In this document: positions 1 through 10,696 of the stretch, piece by piece | Layout of the letters: every line of letters starts with the position of its first letter | Position numbering within the stretch: the first letter of the stretch is position 1 | NCBI GenBank assembly: GCA_036337015.1 | Contig: JAYZEZ010000007.1 | Span: forward strand, 553,413 to 617,412 | Direction: 5' to 3' | Source: Pseudomonadota bacterium | GTDB lineage: Bacteria > Pseudomonadota > Alphaproteobacteria > Rhodospirillales > Casp-alpha2 | DNA length: 64,000 nucleotides | Notes under the pieces: generated by a model | What the model saw: only the letters and a program-made list of their open reading frames with translations | What the model was told of the DNA's origin: nothing | The model's database searches: none | Made by a program: the position numbers and the translations under genes

Positions 1-705
1 ATTTGGAATATTGATTTCTTAGGCACCCAAGGTCTAGCTATTCTACCATATGATGAAGGTCTTAGAGGATTTCCTAATTATCTTCGACAACTAGAAATGG
101 AAAGCAATGGAAAGGCTCTTGATCGTTTTGGCCAGCCCGTCAACGTAAACACCGCAACAATGGTCTTTGGAGATCCAGGAACCCGGGGCCAACATGCATT
201 TTACCAGGCTCTACACCAAGGCGATCAAAAAATAGCTTGTGACTTTATTGCTCCTATAGAAAATCACCACACTTTAGGCAATCATCATGATCGTTTGTTG
301 GCTAATTTTTTTGCGCAAACTGAGGCCCTTATGAAGGGTCGTGGTGCTGAAGCTGCTGATGGTATCATGGCGGCTCGAAACGTACCCAGTCATCTACGCG
401 AAGCCCAACGATCTCATCGGAAGTTCGAAGGCAATCGACCAACAAATTCTATTCTACTAGACCGCGTTGATCCTTTTACCTTGGGTCAACTGATTGCTCT
501 TTACGAGCATAAAGTTTTCGTACAAGCTATTATTTGGGGCATTAATCCATTTGACCAATGGGGAGTAGAATGGGGAAAAGAGCTAGCTGCCCAAATGCTT
601 GATATTCTTGAGAGTGACGACAAAGAAATTGATGCCTGCTCTTCAACAAAAGGCTTAATTTTACGGTTTAAAGATCATAAAGCAAAGATTAAGAAAAAGT
701 TATGA
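1..705 (+). CDS. pgi: glucose-6-phosphate isomerase, C-terminal part (5' end outside window)
   Basis: Frame 1 is open from nt 1 (IWNIDFLGTQGLAILPYDEGLRGFPNYLRQLEMESNGK...). Conserved PGI motifs MESNGK, GTRGQHAFYQ and LIALYEHKVFVQ are present. Confidence 0.9.
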   Translation: MWNIDFLGTQGLAILPYDEGLRGFPNYLRQLEMESNGKALDRFGQPVNVNTATMVFGDPGTRGQHAFYQALHQGDQKIACDFIAPIENHHTLGNHHDRLLANFFAQTEALMKGRGAEAADGIMAARNVPSHLREAQRSHRKFEGNRPTNSILLDRVDPFTLGQLIALYEHKVFVQAIIWGINPFDQWGVEWGKELAAQMLDILESDDKEIDACSSTKGLILRFKDHKAKIKKKL

Positions 706-2504
706 CTCTCCGCCGACTACCAGAAAACGTTATAAATAAAATCGCGGCAGGAGAGGTTGTTGAGCGCCCGGCTTCGGTCGTAAAAGAATTAATAGAAAAT
801 GCAATCGATGCCAATGCAACAAATATAAAAGTGCAATTACGAGATGGAGGACAAACATTTATTTCTGTTACAGATAATGGTAGGGGAATGACTTCCGATG
901 AGCTTTTGCTAGCGATAGAACGACATGCAACTTCAAAGCTTCCTAATGATGACCTATCAAAAATTGAAACACTTGGGTTTCGCGGTGAAGCTCTGCCCTC
1001 AATAGGAGCCGTTTCGAGATTATCTATTTTAAGTCGCCAATTTGAATCTGATCAAGCTTGGTCGATTACAGTAAGTGGCGGCAATATAACCCGTCCACAG
1101 CCGGCAGCACTTAGCAAAGGGACTAAAATTGAAGTCCGGGACTTATTCTTTGCAACTCCTGCTAGACTAAAATTTCTAAAAACCCCAAAATCAGAGCAAA
1201 TGCACTGCACCGATATTATCAAACGTCTTGCCATGGCACACCCAAATGTTGGTTGGAGTTTCAGTGATGGCAATCGCGAACTTCTGAAGCTCCCCACAAT
1301 AGAAAGTTCTATTGATAAAACCGATCCTATTATAGAACGCCTTAGTATGATTATGGGCAAAGATTTTCGAGAAAATTCTATGATTATCAATGCTGAGCGA
1401 GAAAATGCTATTCTATATGGGTATGCTGGTCTGCCAACGTTAAACAGAGGAAATGCACAGTTGCAATTCTTATTCGTTAATGGACGCCCAGTTAAAGATA
1501 AGCTTTTGTATGGGGCTATACGAGGTGCTTATCGGGAATTTCTTGCTTCTGATCGATATCCGCTAGTAGCTCTATTCCTTGATCTTCCATCCGAGTCTAT
1601 TGATGTAAACGTCCACCCAGCTAAGTTAGAAGTTCGATTTCACAACTCAGGACTTATAAGAGGGCTAATAGTTGGTTCCTTAAAAAAGGCACTTGCAGAA
1701 GCTGGGCATCGATCGTCAAGCACTATTGCCAACGCAGCACTTGGAGTAATTAACCGCGGTAAAGATAAAAATAACTATTCCAGCGAGCACAGAGAAAAAC
1801 TATCTTTCCCCCACTATCGCAACCAGCATAGTATTTCGGATAAAACGCTGCCTGGTCTTAACAACGAACCCTTAGCGCCAAACCAAGCAGAACATCAGGA
1901 AGTTGATTTTGAGTATTTAGATGACTTTCCTTTAGGTGTAGCCCGTGCACAACTTCATAAAACTTATGTAGTATCACAAACCAAAGATGGGATTATAATT
2001 GTAGACCAACACGCGGCCCATGAACGCTTGGTACACGAACAAATCAAACAAGACCTTAAAAAGGGAGGCGTTCAAAGACAGGGTATGCTCATCCCAGAGG
2101 TTGTTGAATTAGATGAAGGGGCCGTCAATAGACTAATTAACAGAACATATGAGTTAACTGAATTAGGTCTTGTGATAGAAGCATTCGGCCACGGTGCAGT
2201 GATCGTTCGTGAAACTCCGGCACTTCTTGGAGAAATCAACATAAAAGGTCTAATAAAGGATATTTCTGATGATATTGAACAATGGGGAGAAGGTTTGAGT
2301 TTAAAAAAAAAGCTGGGTGATGTTTGTGCAACGATGGCTTGTCATAGTTCAGTAAGGGCTGGGCGGCGTCTTAATGCTACTGAAATGAATGCTTTATTAC
2401 GTGAAATGGAGGCGACACCACATTCAGGCCAATGTAGCCATGGACGACCAACCTATGTTGAATTAAAGTTAAAAGATATTGAAAAACTTTTTGGGCGTAG
2501 ATAA
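702..2504 (+). CDS. mutL: DNA mismatch repair protein MutL (endonuclease type)
   Basis: GHKL ATPase N-terminus (AAGEVVERPASVVKELIENAIDA). C-terminal endonuclease motif DQHAAHERLVHE and CSHGRPT. The start overlaps the pgi stop (ATGA). Confidence 0.95.
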   Translation: MTLRRLPENVINKIAAGEVVERPASVVKELIENAIDANATNIKVQLRDGGQTFISVTDNGRGMTSDELLLAIERHATSKLPNDDLSKIETLGFRGEALPSIGAVSRLSILSRQFESDQAWSITVSGGNITRPQPAALSKGTKIEVRDLFFATPARLKFLKTPKSEQMHCTDIIKRLAMAHPNVGWSFSDGNRELLKLPTIESSIDKTDPIIERLSMIMGKDFRENSMIINAERENAILYGYAGLPTLNRGNAQLQFLFVNGRPVKDKLLYGAIRGAYREFLASDRYPLVALFLDLPSESIDVNVHPAKLEVRFHNSGLIRGLIVGSLKKALAEAGHRSSSTIANAALGVINRGKDKNNYSSEHREKLSFPHYRNQHSISDKTLPGLNNEPLAPNQAEHQEVDFEYLDDFPLGVARAQLHKTYVVSQTKDGIIIVDQHAAHERLVHEQIKQDLKKGGVQRQGMLIPEVVELDEGAVNRLINRTYELTELGLVIEAFGHGAVIVRETPALLGEINIKGLIKDISDDIEQWGEGLSLKKKLGDVCATMACHSSVRAGRRLNATEMNALLREMEATPHSGQCSHGRPTYVELKLKDIEKLFGRR

Positions 2505-2526
2505 TCAATTACAACAAAAAGAAACT

Positions 2527-3096
2527 TTACAGACTATCCATTTGAAGAAATAAAATTCTTGCAGCACCAAATTTACGCTCGAGTAGAACTTTGAAGTTTT
2601 TTGGGACTTCAAATAACTCTTTAGATGCAATCTCAACTACACAAAAAGCTCCTGACTCTAGCCAGCCCTTATCTCTTAATCCCGACAAGGCTACGCTTAC
2701 TAGACCTTTGTTATAAGGTGGGTCCAAAAAGGCTAGTGCCGCAGGAAATTTTACTAACTTAGTTGGTGGTTTCAAACGTCCCGCATTAAGCTTTAACGTG
2801 ATTACTTCGCCATCTAAACCCAAAGCTCTAGAATTTGCACGCGTAGATTTCAATGCACTAGATTTATTATCAATAAATATACCATACTTTGCGCCCCGCG
2901 ATATCGCTTCTAAACCCAATGCACCAGTGCCACAAAATACATCGATTACTGCAACATCTTTCAACAAACAGCCATCAATTCTATGAACAAGCATATTAAA
3001 AATTGACTCTCGAATCCGATCGGCTGTAGGGCGTATATTATCTCCCTTAGGAGCCTTTAGCGTCCTACCTTTTAACCGGCCGCCTACTATTCGCAC
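2527..3096 (-). CDS. rsmD: 16S rRNA (guanine966-N2)-methyltransferase RsmD
   Basis: 189 aa. N-terminal MRIVGGRLKGRTLKAP, SAM motif DVFCGTGALGLEAISRGA and the DPPY motif typical of RsmD. Confidence 0.85.
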   Translation of the reverse strand: MRIVGGRLKGRTLKAPKGDNIRPTADRIRESIFNMLVHRIDGCLLKDVAVIDVFCGTGALGLEAISRGAKYGIFIDNKSSALKSTRANSRALGLDGEVITLKLNAGRLKPPTKLVKFPAALAFLDPPYNKGLVSVALSGLRDKGWLESGAFCVVEIASKELFEVPKNFKVLLERKFGAARILFLQMDSL

Positions 3097-3114
3097 AGAC
3101 TCCTCCTAAATTAT

Positions 3115-3948
3115 TTAACTTGGTTTTCTTCGAGAGGCTGTGGACTTAGCTGCCCAGCCTGATTTATTCATACTAGAGCTAGCAAAGAAAAAACTTTCGC
3201 CGCCAAGCTGTTCACGTATAACCTTTCCTGAAATTTCCTCAATTCGATTAGAAGAGAGATTGCCAAGCTGGAAAGGTCCAAATGCAATCCGAATAAGTCT
3301 AGTTACCTCTAGACCTAAATATTTCATCACTCTACGAATCTCTCGATTTCGACCTTCATTTAATGAAACCGTTAACCAAGAATTTGAACCCTTTTTATTG
3401 TCTAGTACTGCGCTAATTGGGCCGTAAGAGACCCCCGCTACTTTTGCCCCATCCGCCAAGCCTTTTAATTTTCCTTCATCAACAAGACCATGCACACGAA
3501 CCCTGTATCGTCTTACCCAACCAGTCTTTGGCAACTCTAAACGACGCGCTAATTCACCATCGTTTGTTAATAATAAGAGCCCTTCTGAATTAAAGTCTAG
3601 GCGACCGACGGATATTACACGGCCTAATGATTTTGGTAATTGTTCAAATACTGTGGGACGACCTTGCGGATCCGCATGACTGGTCAGCAGGCCCTTGGGC
3701 TTGTGAAACCGCCAAAGCCGCATTGGCACCATATTTGGAAGCGGTTGGCCATCCACTTCCACATAGTTTATATTAGTAACGGTAACCGCTGGTGTTGTTA
3801 AAATTTTTCCATCAACCTTGATACAACCTTTGATAATCAATTTTTCTGCCTCACGCCTAGAACATATACCTGCTCGTGCAATCACTTTAGCAATGCGTTC
3901 TGGTTTTAAATTTTTTTCTGAAGACTGATTTTCATTTTTTGTATTCAT
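3115..3948 (-). CDS. pseudouridine synthase, RsuA/RluB family, with S4 domain
   Basis: S4 RNA-binding N-terminus (RIAKVIARAGICSRREAEKLI) and catalytic GRLDFNSEGLLLLTNDG motif. Confidence 0.85.
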   Translation of the reverse strand: MNTKNENQSSEKNLKPERIAKVIARAGICSRREAEKLIIKGCIKVDGKILTTPAVTVTNINYVEVDGQPLPNMVPMRLWRFHKPKGLLTSHADPQGRPTVFEQLPKSLGRVISVGRLDFNSEGLLLLTNDGELARRLELPKTGWVRRYRVRVHGLVDEGKLKGLADGAKVAGVSYGPISAVLDNKKGSNSWLTVSLNEGRNREIRRVMKYLGLEVTRLIRIAFGPFQLGNLSSNRIEEISGKVIREQLGGESFFFASSSMNKSGWAAKSTASRRKPS

Positions 3949-4083
3949 AAAGTTACTTTATGATTAGGGCTCACTTTCAGCAAGCAGTGGTATTTAATAT
4001 GATTTTTTTGTTTTATTTTTAAGGCTTTTGAATTACTGATTTTGATAGATTGACAGGATGTAGAACTAATAAAGGCTTAATTA

Positions 4084-4557
4084 GTGGACAAGTATCAGCC
4101 CATTATACCACATAATTCACCTATGCAAGCAGCATTGGCCCAGGCTCGAAACGCTATCAAAAAGGGAGAGATTCCTGTTGGTGCAATCATTATAAATACA
4201 GTTAATAAGCAAATAATAGCTCAGACATTTAATCGCGTGGAAGAAACTAACGATCCAACAGCACATGCGGAATTACTAGCAATTCGCGATGCCACCAGCA
4301 TCCTTGGTCAAAAACAACTAAAGATTTGTGATATGTATGTTACTTTAGAGCCGTGTACAATGTGTGCAGCGGCAATTTCATTAGCCCGTTTACGAAGAGT
4401 TTATTTTGCCGCTTATGACTTTAAATCAGGTGGCATTGAACATGGCGCAAAGTTTTTTCAACAACATACTTGTCATTATAAGCCTGAAGTAATTGGTGGT
4501 TTGCACGAGAATGAGTCGACTAAATTATTAAAGAATTTTTTTAAGGGCAAACGTTAG
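4084..4557 (+). CDS. tadA: tRNA adenosine(34) deaminase TadA
   Basis: CDA zinc motifs HAELLAI and PCTMCAAA, 157 aa. The GTG start at 4084 is uncertain; ATG at 4123 is an alternative. Confidence 0.88.
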   Translation: MDKYQPIIPHNSPMQAALAQARNAIKKGEIPVGAIIINTVNKQIIAQTFNRVEETNDPTAHAELLAIRDATSILGQKQLKICDMYVTLEPCTMCAAAISLARLRRVYFAAYDFKSGGIEHGAKFFQQHTCHYKPEVIGGLHENESTKLLKNFFKGKR

Positions 4558-4659
4558 CCTATTAAAGACACGAACGGTATCAAAAAATTACTACTAGTTA
4601 TCATTAAGAATTTTTCTATTCACTTAAATCAAGAGATTTAAAATTGTTAGAATTTCATT

Positions 4660-5703
4660 TTATATCTCATTAGCTAAAGGAAGATTAACTAATAAGTTTT
4701 GCGGTTTTAATCTAACCTGATGGCTATCAGACATAGAAAGAGCCATGTAAATAGGACTGCCAGCTACCTCCGATTTCATTAAGCTATAATCCTTAAATTC
4801 TAGCCGAAATAGGCTAAGAACTCTTGCCATTCTTTCGGGCTCGACCTCTTTTCCCATATAAAGATCATTTAGCAAATTTGAAGATTGCCGATCAAGCCCA
4901 ACATGCCATACCCATCGTTCATCATTAATTTGTTGTATGGGTTGAATAGTAACGCTTGCATTCAAGAAATGAAAAACCCAAGCTTCCAATACTCTACAAA
5001 GAGCATCTAAGCCTGGGCGGGAAAATGACAAGTCTAACACCATATTAAATTGTTCATTAACATCCCAATAGATCTCACTGCTCTCTGATTGTAACACAAC
5101 TAAGTTTGTTTGTTTGGACTGAAGCCCATCGTTCCCAACGGATCGATCCGAGGCTTGCATTCCAATATCAGGAGTCAGCAATTCTAAAACTTCACTATCA
5201 ACTAAAAAAAGACCCCCCTCATCATTAGATACGGTCTGCCTACGAAACAACAGTTCGCTAGCACGCGCTTGGAAGGGTTCTGTGACATCGTCTAAAATGT
5301 TACGTAGAACAACTTGGGCCATATGATCTATAAATGATTCTGGTAAACTTATACTTCCATTCAAAAATAAATCCTGGTAACAAGCCTCGATACTTTCGGC
5401 TTGGCGAAGTTTGTCTCTAAAATTAAGAAAAACGCCATAATTTTCTTGTACATCAGTATCGACTAATAATGATAAGTCTTTTTTCTCTATCTTACAAAAT
5501 GGATTTTCCACAAGATTAGCATGAAGATTTCGCTCTTCATCACAAGAGTCCGATCCGGGTGCTAGTTGAGGTTTTTCCAGATAATCCCGCAAAAAATTTT
5601 CAGTCAACGATAGTCGACCGAACTCGTCCCGCTGTAAAAGCCGAAACCCCGAACTTGGCCATAATTCCGCTCTAACCAAACCATCTTTTGTAAAATTACC
5701 CAT
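4660..5703 (-). CDS. conserved hypothetical protein (acidic, 347 aa, no recognisable catalytic motif)
   Basis: Long uninterrupted ORF, 20 nt downstream of and co-directional with the DUF1244 gene. I recognise no motif. Confidence 0.7.
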   Translation of the reverse strand: MGNFTKDGLVRAELWPSSGFRLLQRDEFGRLSLTENFLRDYLEKPQLAPGSDSCDEERNLHANLVENPFCKIEKKDLSLLVDTDVQENYGVFLNFRDKLRQAESIEACYQDLFLNGSISLPESFIDHMAQVVLRNILDDVTEPFQARASELLFRRQTVSNDEGGLFLVDSEVLELLTPDIGMQASDRSVGNDGLQSKQTNLVVLQSESSEIYWDVNEQFNMVLDLSFSRPGLDALCRVLEAWVFHFLNASVTIQPIQQINDERWVWHVGLDRQSSNLLNDLYMGKEVEPERMARVLSLFRLEFKDYSLMKSEVAGSPIYMALSMSDSHQVRLKPQNLLVNLPLANEI

Positions 5704-5723
5704 TACTGATTATTTTGAAATAA

Positions 5724-6044
5724 CTATGGGTTATGGCTATCAATGTCAGCATGAAGGGACTTCGTTTCTTGAAATTTTAAGCGTTGTTCTTCAGTAGATG
5801 GGGCTTGGTGCTTTTCTTTCCATACCTCGTATTCCATCCCATAAACGATTTTGCGTGCTTGATTATAAGAAATATCTAAACCCTTTTCTTGACCAGCTGC
5901 TCGATACCATTTTGATAAACAATTACGACAAAAGCCCGCTAAATTCATCAAGTCAATATTTTGAACATCTGTACGTTTTTTTAAGTGTGCAACTAAGCCA
6001 CGAAAAGCTGCGGCTTCTAGTTCTATTTGTGTCTGATCATCCAT
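5724..6044 (-). CDS. DUF1244 domain protein
   Basis: Signature ELEAAAFRGLVAHLKKRTDVQNIDLMNLAGFCRNCLSKWY. ATG at 6044 is preceded by AAGGAG with a 9-nt spacer, so it is preferred over the TTG at 6086 used by the ORF track. Confidence 0.8.
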   Translation of the reverse strand: MDDQTQIELEAAAFRGLVAHLKKRTDVQNIDLMNLAGFCRNCLSKWYRAAGQEKGLDISYNQARKIVYGMEYEVWKEKHQAPSTEEQRLKFQETKSLHADIDSHNP

Positions 6045-6125
6045 TAAAGAAATCTCCTTATCGGTTTCAGTTGGGTGTTCCTCCAAAAATTTTAATTATA
6101 TTAAAGCAAAAATATAGCTGATATT

Positions 6126-7397
6126 CTATGATTGAACTGCGCGCCACCCTATATCACTCCGATAAAATCCTTCCGGCCAATCTACTAAGCTAATGGCCTC
6201 GTAGGCCTTCTTTCTAGCAGATTCAACAGTCTTACCTAAAGCCGTAACATTCAATACACGACCGCCACTGGAAACAATACGGCCATTATTTTTTTCCGTG
6301 CCAGCATGAAATATCATTATATCATCTTCTTTCCCGGCTAAATCCAACCCTTTAATTTCAGTGCCTTTTTTATAACCGCCAGGGTAACCATCAGCCGCCA
6401 AAACCACACACAATGCCGTGGAGTTATGCCATTCGATCTCATATTGACCCAGCCGACCTTTAGCACATGAAAGGAGAAGTTCCAGCGCATCTGATTTGAG
6501 GCGCATCATTATTGGCTGACATTCTGGATCACCAAACCTTACATTATATTCTATAAGCTTCGGCCCTTCATCCGTTATCATTAAACCGGCAAAAAGAACA
6601 CCCTTGAACGGCCTGCCATCCAAAGCTGCACCCTGGATAGTAGGGTTAATGATTTCATCCATAATGCGCTTTTCCATTTTTGCGTCAACTAATGGAGCAG
6701 GACAATATGCTCCCATACCACCAGTATTAGGCCCTTCATCTCCATCAAAAGCAGCTTTATGATCTTGAGCAGGAACTAGAGGCAAGACGGTTTTGCCATC
6801 AACCAAGGCAAAAAAGCTTGCTTCTTCACCTATCATAAATTCTTCTATTACAACCTCAGAACCAGCCTTGCCAAATTCAGATTTTATCATAATTTTTTCA
6901 ATTGCTCCAAATGCTTGCGTAAGATCTCGACATACAAACACGCCCTTACCGGCAGCTAAGCCATCAGCTTTTACAACTATCGGAGTTCCTTGGTTGCGTA
7001 TGTACTCCTTAGCTGCATTAGGATCATCAAATCGGGCATAATTAGCCGTGGGCACATTGTATCTATCACATAAATCTTTTGTTAGACCCTTAGACCCCTC
7101 AAATTCAGCTGCTAGGGCATTAGGACCAAAGGCCGTAATATTTAATTCTTCTAAACGGTCAATCAGCCCATCAACCAGAGGACCTTCTGGGCCAACAACA
7201 ACAAAATCTATTGCATTCTTTTCAACAAATTCCAAAATACCTTGCATGTCATTAGCGGCAATAGGAACAGTTGAGGCAACTTGTTCAATTCCTGCATTAC
7301 CCGGCGCACAAAACAACTCATCACATTTGGGCGATTTAGAAATAGCCCAACATAAAGCGTGTTCACGCCCGCCAGACCCTATTACTAATACCTTCAA
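6126..7397 (-). CDS. purD: phosphoribosylamine-glycine ligase PurD
   Basis: KVLVIGSGGREHAL N-terminus and ATP-grasp body. The likely start is TTG at 7397 (GGGGGA Shine-Dalgarno upstream), not the ORF-track start at 7439. Confidence 0.93.
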   Translation of the reverse strand: MKVLVIGSGGREHALCWAISKSPKCDELFCAPGNAGIEQVASTVPIAANDMQGILEFVEKNAIDFVVVGPEGPLVDGLIDRLEELNITAFGPNALAAEFEGSKGLTKDLCDRYNVPTANYARFDDPNAAKEYIRNQGTPIVVKADGLAAGKGVFVCRDLTQAFGAIEKIMIKSEFGKAGSEVVIEEFMIGEEASFFALVDGKTVLPLVPAQDHKAAFDGDEGPNTGGMGAYCPAPLVDAKMEKRIMDEIINPTIQGAALDGRPFKGVLFAGLMITDEGPKLIEYNVRFGDPECQPIMMRLKSDALELLLSCAKGRLGQYEIEWHNSTALCVVLAADGYPGGYKKGTEIKGLDLAGKEDDIMIFHAGTEKNNGRIVSSGGRVLNVTALGKTVESARKKAYEAISLVDWPEGFYRSDIGWRAVQS

Positions 7398-7461
7398 TTT
7401 TAAAATCCCCCAATATTTTATACTTGTTTTAGCAACCAATTAAATAATACATACTGTAACA

Positions 7462-8928
7462 ATGAATGAAAACTCTTCCAGCTTAGTTGAAAATCGCTTG
7501 ACTGACCTTAAAAAAAATTCAGCCAAACAGGTCTTAAGTGTTTCTGAAATTTCTACAATTTTAAAACGTGCAGTAGAAGATGCCTTTGGTAAGGTTAAAA
7601 TTCAGGGAGAAATTTCAGGATTTAAGCGTGCGCAATCTGGACATTTGTATTTCTCTCTAAAGGACAGCTCTGCCGCTATAGATAGCGTTTGCTGGCGTGG
7701 CAATGCAAAAACGCTAAAAATTAACCCCGAAGATGGAATGGAAGTTATTGTCACAGGAAAATTAACCACTTATTCGGTTCGATCTCGTTATCAAATTGTC
7801 ATTGAGGACATGGAACTTGCTGGCGAAGGTGCACTTTTAAAACTTTTAGAGGACCGTCGCCGTAAATTAGCTGCTGAGGGGTTGTTTGATATTGGTAAAA
7901 AAAAACCAATCCCTTTTCTGCCTGCTATCATCGGAATTATCACTTCTGAAACTGGAGCGGTTTTTAGTGATATTCTTCATAGATTAAATGATCGCTTTCC
8001 ACGTCGAGTTATCTTATGGCCAGTAACAGTACAGGGATCATCCGCTGCTGATGAAATCGCCTTTGCGATCGAAGGGTTTAATAAATTAAGTCAAAATAGA
8101 AATAAAAATAATAAGAAGGCCATCCCATGTCCTGATATCCTAATAGTTGCAAGGGGTGGTGGAAGCTTAGAAGATTTAATGGCGTTCAACGAAGAAAGGG
8201 TTGTGCGCGCAGCAGCTACTAGCAGAATTCCCTTAGTTTCAGCTGTTGGCCATGAAACAGATAACACTTTGATTGATTATGTAGCTGATAAACGCGCGCC
8301 AACTCCAACTGCTGCTGCAGAAATGGTTGTGCCAGTTCGGACAGACCTTATGGTCCGCCTCGAAACAAACTCAGCCCGACTTATCAACGCAATAAGTCGT
8401 CTATTGAAAAGCATACAAAAAAATTTAGATACTTTGACTAGAACATTACCTGAATTGAAGAGGCTTGTTGATGTATTTAATCAAAGATTAGATGATTGGA
8501 CAGAGCGCCTCTTCAATTCAATTCACGTGTTTTTAAAAAATTACAATGCCAGATTAATGATTGCTACAACTGAAATACCAAAGCCCAAACAACAAATCGA
8601 GTATGCCAAACGAGAACTTAGTAGAGAAGCGCGCGCACTTAAAACGAAAGGAATCAATATAGTTTTGGAGCGTCAAAGTTACCTACAACAAATCACTGCG
8701 TTATTGGAAAGTTATTCATATCAAAGAGTTCTAGAAAGAGGATTTTCTCTAGTAACAAGCCAAAATCACAAGCCGATTGATTCAATAAATAAAATTTCGA
8801 CAGGGATGCCAGTTTCTCTACAATTTCAAGATGGCAAAACAAGCGCTACTATAACTGGAGAAGGCCAAAAAAAAAATAAATCTAATCAAATTAAAAATAG
8901 AGATAATAAACAGAGAAAATTGTTGTGA
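7462..8928 (+). CDS. xseA: exodeoxyribonuclease VII large subunit
   Basis: OB-fold N-terminus (VKIQGEISGFKRAQSGHLYFSLKD), catalytic core (ARGGGSLEDLMAFNEE, SAVGHETD) and a coiled-coil tail. Confidence 0.95.
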   Translation: MNENSSSLVENRLTDLKKNSAKQVLSVSEISTILKRAVEDAFGKVKIQGEISGFKRAQSGHLYFSLKDSSAAIDSVCWRGNAKTLKINPEDGMEVIVTGKLTTYSVRSRYQIVIEDMELAGEGALLKLLEDRRRKLAAEGLFDIGKKKPIPFLPAIIGIITSETGAVFSDILHRLNDRFPRRVILWPVTVQGSSAADEIAFAIEGFNKLSQNRNKNNKKAIPCPDILIVARGGGSLEDLMAFNEERVVRAAATSRIPLVSAVGHETDNTLIDYVADKRAPTPTAAAEMVVPVRTDLMVRLETNSARLINAISRLLKSIQKNLDTLTRTLPELKRLVDVFNQRLDDWTERLFNSIHVFLKNYNARLMIATTEIPKPKQQIEYAKRELSREARALKTKGINIVLERQSYLQQITALLESYSYQRVLERGFSLVTSQNHKPIDSINKISTGMPVSLQFQDGKTSATITGEGQKKNKSNQIKNRDNKQRKLL

Positions 8929-9776
8929 AAAATCTTAAATTTTTATTTTATTTTTTTATTTTGGAAATTGTGAATCTTGTATTGGGTGCTAATATGAGCC
9001 TAGCTGGAGACTTGCACCTAAAAGGCACTTTTATTCAAGGTGGCCTTATAACAGGATACACTGAACCTGGCGCACAAGTCTTATTCAACAACAAAAAAAT
9101 TCGTGTATCTAATCTTGGTGTTTTTCTTATAGGTTTCGGCCGCAATTCAAAGGACACAGCAACAATTAAAATAAAATTTCCTGATTCAAATATAATAAAA
9201 AAAAAACTATATGTAAAAAAACGTAATTATATTATACAGAGAATTGATGGTTTGCCACAAAAGCAAGTTAAGCCTGGCCCTAAAGATATAGAAAAAATAA
9301 AAAGCGATAATAAAAAAATAACAAATATTCGTCGCCTCGATACCGCTGATACTAGCTTTATCTCTGGTTTTCAATGGCCTGCCATTGGTCCTATCTCAGG
9401 CGTATTTGGAAGTCAGCGAATTTTAAACGGAATTGCCAAATCTCCTCACAATGGCGTCGACATCGCTGCTCCTAAAGGTTCGCCTGTGACTGCTGCTAGT
9501 GATGGAACAATCGTTTTAGTTCAAAATGATATGTTTTACACTGGAAAAACCATAATGATAAATCACGGACATGGACTCTCATCTATCTACGTACATATGG
9601 ATAAAATCCTAATCAAAAAAGGACAAAAAATAAGCAAGGGCCAGAAAATTGGAACCATTGGTAGTACTGGCAGGGCTACAGGACCACATTTACATTGGGG
9701 AATAAGCTTGTTCGATGTACACTTAGATCCATCACTTTTAGTTGGCAAAATGCCAAAAAAACCTGAAAAAGAATAA
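8925..9776 (+). CDS. M23 family metallopeptidase (secreted)
   Basis: Signal-like N-terminus. M23 motifs PHNGVDIAAPKGSPV and GPHLHWG. The GTG start overlaps the xseA stop. Confidence 0.9.
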   Translation: MKNLKFLFYFFILEIVNLVLGANMSLAGDLHLKGTFIQGGLITGYTEPGAQVLFNNKKIRVSNLGVFLIGFGRNSKDTATIKIKFPDSNIIKKKLYVKKRNYIIQRIDGLPQKQVKPGPKDIEKIKSDNKKITNIRRLDTADTSFISGFQWPAIGPISGVFGSQRILNGIAKSPHNGVDIAAPKGSPVTAASDGTIVLVQNDMFYTGKTIMINHGHGLSSIYVHMDKILIKKGQKISKGQKIGTIGSTGRATGPHLHWGISLFDVHLDPSLLVGKMPKKPEKE

Positions 9777-9794
9777 AAAAACTACAGAAAATAC

Positions 9795-10694
9795 TTAATC
9801 ATCTGGCCAGCGATTATGGAGCCAGAGCCATTGCTCAGGTGTATTGCGCACCCATTTTTCAATCATAGCATTAACTTGAGCCATATTTGCCACAACATCT
9901 TCTTTATGGCTATCGGTTTTAATGAGTTTTAGTGGCGGAAAAATTGTAAACCTGAATTTTGCTCCTTTTAAACGTGTTATACGCGTTGGAATAACCATAC
10001 AATCATAGCGAAGCGCTAATTCAGCCATAGCAGGGGCCGTCATAACATTACGCCCAAAAAAAGGAATAGGTATCCCATCATTCATTTTCTGATCGATCAA
10101 CATGGCCAAATGACGCCCACTTTTAAGCGATTTTAATAGAGCTCGTGCACCAGCAGGTCCTTTTGGAATTAAAGCCCCCTCGACAGTGGCTCGACCCGAA
10201 CGATAAAGCCATTCGACTAAACGATTGTTTGCCTCTCTATAAACTCGATCTAGGGATATGCCGTGCTGTGTAGCGCCTAAAGACAAAATTTCCCAATTCC
10301 CAATATGAGCAGAAAAGAAAATAGCTGAATTCCCACTATTCTTTAATAAATCCACATATTCTCCCCCAACATATTCAACACGTCCATCATTGCCACCAAT
10401 TACAATACTACTCAGATGCGGATATTCAGCTGCTAAACGACCAAGATTATCCCACATCCCACGGACAATATTTGAAATTTCAGCTTTTGATTTTTCAGGG
10501 AAGGCCACCTTAAGATTGTTTGTAGCTCGCCTTGAAATTTTCAAATTAGGGCCGATAGTACGACTTAACCAACCACCAAATGCAGAAGCAATATCAATTG
10601 GGAGAATTCTAAACGACGTGTATACTGCCACTGCTACTAGCGCTTGTAGAGGATAAAAGAAATACTTATTAAGCAGATTTAGTCTACGAACCAT
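9795..10694 (-). CDS. lipid A biosynthesis lauroyl/late acyltransferase family protein (LpxL/HtrB-like)
   Basis: N-terminal TM segment and HX4E-type motif HIGNWE. Sits directly downstream of lpxK. Confidence 0.85.
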   Translation of the reverse strand: MVRRLNLLNKYFFYPLQALVAVAVYTSFRILPIDIASAFGGWLSRTIGPNLKISRRATNNLKVAFPEKSKAEISNIVRGMWDNLGRLAAEYPHLSSIVIGGNDGRVEYVGGEYVDLLKNSGNSAIFFSAHIGNWEILSLGATQHGISLDRVYREANNRLVEWLYRSGRATVEGALIPKGPAGARALLKSLKSGRHLAMLIDQKMNDGIPIPFFGRNVMTAPAMAELALRYDCMVIPTRITRLKGAKFRFTIFPPLKLIKTDSHKEDVVANMAQVNAMIEKWVRNTPEQWLWLHNRWPDD

Positions 10695-10696
10695 AA

